From positions 104,472,001 to 104,536,000 of the forward strand of contig CM059431.1 of NCBI GenBank assembly GCA_030390025.1: DNA of 64,000 bases, written 5' to 3'. Position 1 is the first letter of the stretch; the number at the start of each line of letters is the position of its first letter. Made by a program: the position numbers and the translations under genes. This DNA is from Squalus acanthias. Its lineage: Eukaryota. Below are positions 57,596 through 64,000 of the stretch, one piece after another. The notes below the pieces were generated by a model. The model made no database searches and was not told where the DNA came from. It saw only the letters and a list, made by a program, of their open reading frames with translations.

Positions 57596-58760
57596 TGATC
57601 TACATTGGCTCCCGGTCTGGCAACGTCTCTATTTTAAAATTCTCATCCTTGTGTTCAAATCCCTCCATGGCCCTCGCCCCCTCCCTATCTCTGCAACCTC
57701 CTCCAACCCAACAACCCTCCCACATCTCTGCGCTCCTCCAATTCTGGCCTCTTGCGCATCCCCGATTTTCATCGCTCCACCATTGGCGGCCGTGCCTTCA
57801 GCTGCCTGGGCCCCAAGCTCTGGAATCCCCTCCCTAAACCTTTCCGCCTCTCTATCCTCCTTCAAGAAGGTCCTTTAAACCGACTGTAAGAACACACTAT
57901 TTGCTATAACTTCTGCTGTAACTTGACCAAAACTTAAAAGTTGACCAGATTTTATGTACCATCATGCTTCGCGAGGCGAAGAGACTGGTTGCTGAGAGAA
58001 GTTTTGCAAAAAATAAAAGATGCTACGGCTGTAAGCTGTGAAGGCGGCCAACTGTCTTTCAACAGATAAGGAAAACAGACCTTGAAAGTTCTGTGGGAAC
58101 AGACGATGGGACTGTTGAATCAGTGCAAAAACAGAAACATCTTCAGACTATTGAATGTAACCGGCCTTGACACCCACGGATGCTTAACGGACTATTGATA
58201 AGAGGAACTGAAAAACAGCTAATGACCATTATCCGTATAGTTAGGGACACGTACGCAGTGGGCGGGTTGCCAGATTTTAAGGTATAAAAGATGCTGTAAG
58301 AAGACACTCGGGGCTGTAGCCGGGCGACCTGGTCAGTTGTCAGAAATCGTACGTCTAGTCATCGCCGAACTGACCAGTCGCTGGTGTTAGTACGTATGTG
58401 GTGTTTTGCTTATTGTCACTTGAGCTTAAGGTAAAGGGTAGCTCTGTGTGCGCTAAAGTATAATCGGGAATTGTTATACGCTGCATAACTGTTGGATGCT
58501 TACTTGTAATCTCTTGCTGATTTTTAAGTAAAAGAAGTTTTTCACAGATTCATTGGGTTTTGTGCTATCCGTTCGACGGGTCTGAACTTTGGAAACTGTT
58601 GGCCGGGGCGAGGGGCGATTTCCGCAGGTCTTACACCACCCCTGTCCTAATATTACCTCATGTGGCTCGGTGTCAAAGTTGGTCTGGTAACGCCCCTGTG
58701 AAGCGCCTTGGGACATTTTTACTACGTCGAGGGCGCTGCATAAATGCAAATTGTTGTTGA
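57596..58760 (+). mobile_element. L2 3' end split by a solo LTR
   Basis: DLHWLPV...FKSLHG...GGRAFSCLGPKLWN peptide. The 3' UTR resumes at 58636. Confidence 0.85.
57885..58635 (+). mobile_element. Solo LTR (751 bp)
   Basis: TGTAAGA...TCTTACA termini, 4-bp flanks CGAC/CCAC, TATAAAA at 58283, and AGTAAA at 58527 followed by a GT-rich tract. Confidence 0.82.
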
Positions 58761-59752
58761 GGGATTTTCACGGTTCGGGCAAAAAAATGTTGTCCCCTGC
58801 ACCTTTTGTGCTTTCAGGAGATTTTAATCTCAGATTCAGTTCAGCTCATCAGCGTGTTTTATATAATATCTCCTTGAGTGCCTCAAAACATCATGGTTGA
58901 CATCTTTCCCACCACAATAGAGCATAATAAGATGTAAATATGTGGGGCACATATACATCAAGATATTAATGTACGGTGGTGGATTGACAGGGGACAGAAC
59001 TGTGCATGTTTCGCAAGATCATTTGCATTCTCGTTGCAAATTTAAGGCGACAATGCCGCTGCAGTTTAAAAAAATGAAGATCTTTGAATTCTATCCTTCT
59101 GAAGCGAAAGAACGAGGTTCTATAATTCCCTGCAAAGAAAATTCTTAAGCTCCAGCTTGCTGTCGGGTACTGAGTACAATGATGGAGATTAGTGAGGGAG
59201 GGAAAATAACGAATCAGCGCAATAAAACAGATTTAAACTGCAATTTCAATGTAAGCTTTGATGGGGGGGTGGGAAGAGGCGGCCTGATTAAAATGTTAAT
59301 AGATGCAGCATTCATCAGATTGATAATTAATTTCCGGTTCTGATTATGTGTGAAAGCAGTCTGCTGGAAATTCCAGCAAGGAAATACATCTGTTACAGGC
59401 TATTATCCCACTGCCCACCAAGGTGTGAAGCCTGTTAACGTCTAGTTTGCTTGGATGAGCTTCAAAGAAATGGTTTAATATCTAAAAGGATCCAGACAAT
59501 AAACATTCTAGCCTGGCTACTAATCTTAAGTTCTTTAATGTGGCAAGTAGCAGACGCCATGAGCATTTGAGGCTCATGGATGACATCTCATCCCAAAAAG
59601 ATTGACTTGGAGACTATCGACTTTGGATACCAAGGAACAGGGGGGGAATCAGGATTAATTAACCCCTTGTGAAGAGGTTCCAGTTCTCTCCTACATGTTT
59701 TTGTGCTGTTTAGTATTGCGCCTATGTATTTACTTACGGTGAATTATTTTTA

Positions 59753-60223
59753 GAAAGAAGGAAAGATTTGCATTTCTGTAGCGCTTTTCACGACCACCAC
59801 ACGTCTCAAAGAGCTTTACAGCCAATGAAGTACTTTTGACGTGTAGTTACTGTGTTGTAATGTGGGAAATGCGGCAACCAATTTGCGCACAGCAAGCTCC
59901 CACAAACAGCAATGTGATAATGACCAGATAATCTGTTTTTTTTTATGTTGGTTGAGGGATAAATATTAGCCAGGACCCCAGGGATAACTCCCCTGCTCTT
60001 CTTCAAAATAGTGCCATGGGATCTTTAACGTCCACCTGAGAGAGCAGACGGGGCCTCAGTTTAATGTCTCATCCGAAAGGCAGCACCTCCGACAGTGCAG
60101 CACTCCCTCAGTACTGCACTGGAGTGTCAGCCTAGCTTTATGTGCTCAAGTCTCGTGGAGTGGGATTTGAACCCACCACCTTCTGACACAGAGGCAAGTG
60201 TGCTACCTACTGAGCCACAGCTG
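59753..60223 (-). mobile_element. SacSINE1-type SINE, full length
   Basis: A and B boxes, Deu core and tail. Confidence 0.9.
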
Positions 60224-60709
60224 ATTTATTAGTCATAAATAAACCTGGACAATTGCTTAACTTGTATGACGTGCACTTTCAACGTGATATTTCCACTTTT
60301 GACAGCAGTCACAGTGGAATGAATCATAGAATCATAGAGCGCAGAAGGAGGCCATTCGGGCCATAATGCCTGTGCCGACAATTTGAAAGCTGTCCAATTA
60401 TTGCCACTCCCTATGCTCCGACACCTGGGTTACATTCACTTCCTATGGCAGAGAATAAGGACATAGGTCTCAGTTTGTAGCAGCTTTGGGTTACATACAG
60501 AAACAATTATCAAGCTGTGACACACACTGAGCAAAATGTTGGAAAAAGCCCAACCAGTAACAATTGCTTAAACGTAACAGTTTCCCATTTCACCATCCAC
60601 ACCACTCCAGTAAAGATAGAGGTAAATATTATTTTGCCTTCAAAACTGAGCAACCAACTTTTCCCCGAGCATGCCCTCCACTTTCTTAATCCTGTTTCCT
60701 TAACTGAGA

Positions 60710-61180
60710 CCCGTTCACCCATCACCCCTGTGCTCACTGACTTATATTGGCTCCCAGTCCGGCAACAGAAGTTCTCATCCTTGTTTTCAAAACCTACCAT
60801 GGCCTCACCCCCTCCCTCTCTCTGTAACCTCCTCTAGCCCTGCAACCCCCCACCCCTCCGCCGAGATCTTTGCGCTCCTCCAATTTTGGCCTCTTGAGAA
60901 TCCCCGACTTTCATCGCTCCACCATTGGTGGCCGTGCCTTCAGTGGCCGAGGCCCTAAGTTCTAGAATTCCTTTCCTAGGCCTGTCTGCCTCCCTCCCAC
61001 ACTCTCCTCCTTTAAGACGCTCCTTAAAACCTATCTCCCTGACCAAGCTTTTGGTCATCTCTCCTAATATCTCCTTATATGGCTCGGTGTCAAATTTTGT
61101 TTGATAACGCTCCTGTGAAGCACCTTGGGCTGTTTTATTACGTTAAAGGCGCTATATAAATAAAAGTTTTTGTAGTTGAC
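60710..61180 (+). mobile_element. L2 LINE 3' end
   Basis: RSPITPVLTDLYWLPV peptide and 3' UTR ending AAAGGCGCTATATAAAT. Confidence 0.87.
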
Positions 61181-61868
61181 AACTCCTAGGGCCTCCAATT
61201 CTTCAAATAAATGACTCCATTAGTAGTGCAAAATGTGGGACATCAGGCGCTACAAAATTTTGCAAGGCTAGTCAAAGACAAGAGAAGCATCCATATGCCA
61301 TTCAATCATGATTTTACCATTCGAGACTTTGAATATTTCATTCATAATTTTAACAAATTGACTGTTCTGACACTCCACATCAAGTGCTCTTAATTTGGAG
61401 AACAAGCATGAAATGAAATAACATTTGTGAAGTTATGAATCAAATGAAGGAATGAAACATGAATTGACCAAATGACAAGATTTCCTACTCAGAAGTGCAT
61501 AGCGATAACATGAAATTAATTACAGCGAATCATTTGATGTGTTTTATTGGCTCTTTAATGGAAGCAGGTGAGATAGAAATACCAGTTTATTTTCAATATA
61601 TGCACTCATTGCAGTAGTTTATAAATTGTATGCTCTCCTATGCTGAGGATGGAGCTCTGGGCTGGAATGATAATCATGTACAGTAGCTGGGGCACTTAAG
61701 ATTCAACAGGGATCAGGCTGAGGTTGGTAGCAGGAGTGAGGGCGGGTCTGGCTATCTGAAGCAAGCCAATGGATGCCACCAAACTGGATGTTGCAAATGT
61801 CTCAGCCAACCCTTTAAAAGACTCTCAGTTGTGCACTCCCCCAGAGCTCCATTGATTATATTTTCATT

Positions 61869-62618
61869 GGCACGGATTTTGCGGTCAGCTGCGATGTGAT
61901 GACGCTCACCACTGACTTCAAAAGAAAGCTGCCCGCAAACATTTAGCATGCTCTGTGGCGGCGATTTCACCTTTCCCAACGTTAATTTCAATTTATAGGG
62001 GATTTCTGGCGTCCAGCAGCAGTGATGTCATCAAGCAAGCTAAGCAGCCAATCACACTGAAGAATTCTCACAGACAGCAAACCAGGAAAGTAGGTTTTAT
62101 CATTCACTTTTTCTAATTTTACAGAAAACAAAATAAAGATTGAGACACACTCATGGGATTAAGGTAGAAGCTGAAATATCAAAAACAAATTTTAAAAACT
62201 TTTTTTTTTATTATTTTAAAAATCTATGGAATTTTTATCATGGAATGGAGAAAATCACATTCCACAAATATAAAATTAGGTTTTCAAGGCCAGAGAGGTT
62301 ATTCAGCAGTAATTATGACTTATTACGCCATTAAAAATTCAGTTATACCTTTTCCAACAAGGTTTAATTTTTTCAAGGGTTTTTACAGCGAGAATAGAGC
62401 ATAAAAAGTTGAAGTTCACGTCAATTCAGTGATTTTGAATCAATTTTCATCACCGAAGAATGCACCAGCACACCCTGTGGAGCAGCAGGGTATCACTGAC
62501 AACAACTTTTCGCGTATATCTGTGCATGTGCGGCCGCCAGAAGTTGCTGTCAGCTTTACACCGTAACGACCGCGAACGCTGACAGTTTCGCCGTCATTAC
62601 AACCACAAATTCTGGGCC
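61869..62618. mobile_element. Harbinger family N2 (copy 2, inverted)
   Basis: GGCACGGATTTTGCGGT / ACCACAAATTCTGGGCC ends. Homologous to the reverse complement of 14589-15342. Confidence 0.82.
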
Positions 62619-62912
62619 AATGCTTTTTCCCAATTAAACAGCTCATTAACTACTTCAGAAGTATGAACGAAAGCATTAGTGCAGGTGTACCCTGATAGGC
62701 TGTTGTCTGCTATTTGAAGTTAGCAAACTCGTGCAACACTAAACTGGCAGAACAGAAGCTGAGATTATTCACCATTTTCACTAGTGGGTGCTAGACATAA
62801 CCAAAAATATTATTTACTATTAATGTTTTAGAAAAATAGGAAAATATACCGCAATGAGTTTAATATGGAAAAATACACAGACTCCGATCTTTGATTCCCC
62901 TCCCACTTGTTT

Positions 62913-63360
62913 GAAAAGAAAGAAAGACTTGCATTTCTACAGCGTCTTTCACAACCTTAGGATGACCCAAAGTGCTTTACAGCCAATGAAGTACTTTTGA
63001 AGCATAGTCACTGTTGTAATGTAGGAAACGCGACAACCAATTTGTGCAGAGCAAGCTCCCACAAAGAACAATGTGATAATGACCAGATAATCTGTTTTTA
63101 ATCATGTTAATTGAGAGATAAATATTGGCCCCAGGACATAACGTCCCCTGCTCTTCTTCGAAATAGTGGCCGTAGGGTCTTTTACGTCCACCTGAGAGGG
63201 CAGACGTAAAAGTTTAACGTCTCATCCGAGCAACTCCCACAGCACTATACTGGAATGTCAGCCTAGATTTTTGTGCTCAAGTCGCTGGAGTGGGACTTGA
63301 ACCCACGACCTTCTGACTCGAGATGAATAGCGCTATCCACTGAGGCACCCACAGCTGACA
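62913..63360 (-). mobile_element. SacSINE1-type SINE
   Basis: B box GGGTTCAAGTCC, Deu core with small deletions, and tail. Confidence 0.87.
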
Positions 63361-64000
63361 CGGTTTGTGGGATTTTTATCAAGGACTCTGGGCATTTTCC
63401 TTTCTAATTGTGCAGATTCCAATATGGAGAGTCGAAGGTCAGTTTGTGTGTGTCTATGGCCTTTAAATACATAAAGAACATACCAGCTTGAATTTTGCTC
63501 CATTTGCAGTTACAGCGTGTTGGCATTCCACTTGCACAGGGGATCTGTACTTGCAGCACACAAATGAAATTCAGTCTTTAGCTCACTTTGACTAGTTACT
63601 GTTTTGCTGGAATAAAGAGCAGAACCAGTTAGTGCATCAGCCAGGTGTCAAGTGCGACAATAAGCTATGATTGTAGTTGGAAGCCCAATGATGACTGAAG
63701 CAAGAGTTCAAAGGTCCAAATAGGGGTTCCAACAATTCTTGGTGCTGAGAAAGGATACATTCAGACAACTATTACGTGAAATAAGAAATGTGTGAAAACC
63801 GCAAGAAAATCTAAATGGAAAAATAGAATGCATCATTGCCATGAACTAGCTGTCAATCTGTACAATTCGTTTCTATAAAGGGCATCTTAAATTTTTTCTA
63901 AAAGAAAAGCAATTCTTGGGGGTTTAAGTTTCTCTGTGCACTGTTCACATACGCTGTTTTAACAAATTCAATAACCCATTTATTTTAAAACCTTGTTAAA

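Noticed and set aside
14315..58852. Other CTGATGA occurrences (e.g. about 14318, 31849, 35976, 58846) as hammerheads
   Set aside because: No stem II followed by GAAA and a closing stem I could be formed.

Overview
Non-coding, transposon-saturated vertebrate DNA whose repeat families (SacSINE1/DeuSINE-type SINEs, CR1 and L2 LINE 3' fragments, Penelope-type elements, PIF/Harbinger MITEs) point to a cartilaginous fish (shark). I find no intact host protein-coding gene. Nearly all ORF-track peptides with a recognisable product are broken LINE ORF2 C-termini, plus one decayed Harbinger Myb/SANT exon. The most notable signal is a set of short fold-back Penelope-derived insertions carrying minimal hammerhead ribozyme cores (38975-39017 on -, 41520-41556 on +), whose inversion junctions fall on the predicted self-cleavage site. 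Other highlights are a Harbinger MITE family that seems to keep the starts of both converging genes, a Mutator-like MITE with a 10-bp TSD, two solo LTRs, a 253-bp templated insertion, several long near-perfect hairpins and multi-level nested insertions. Family names come from motif recognition and recalled consensus sequences, not database searches. Boundaries of degraded elements are approximate (tens of bp).
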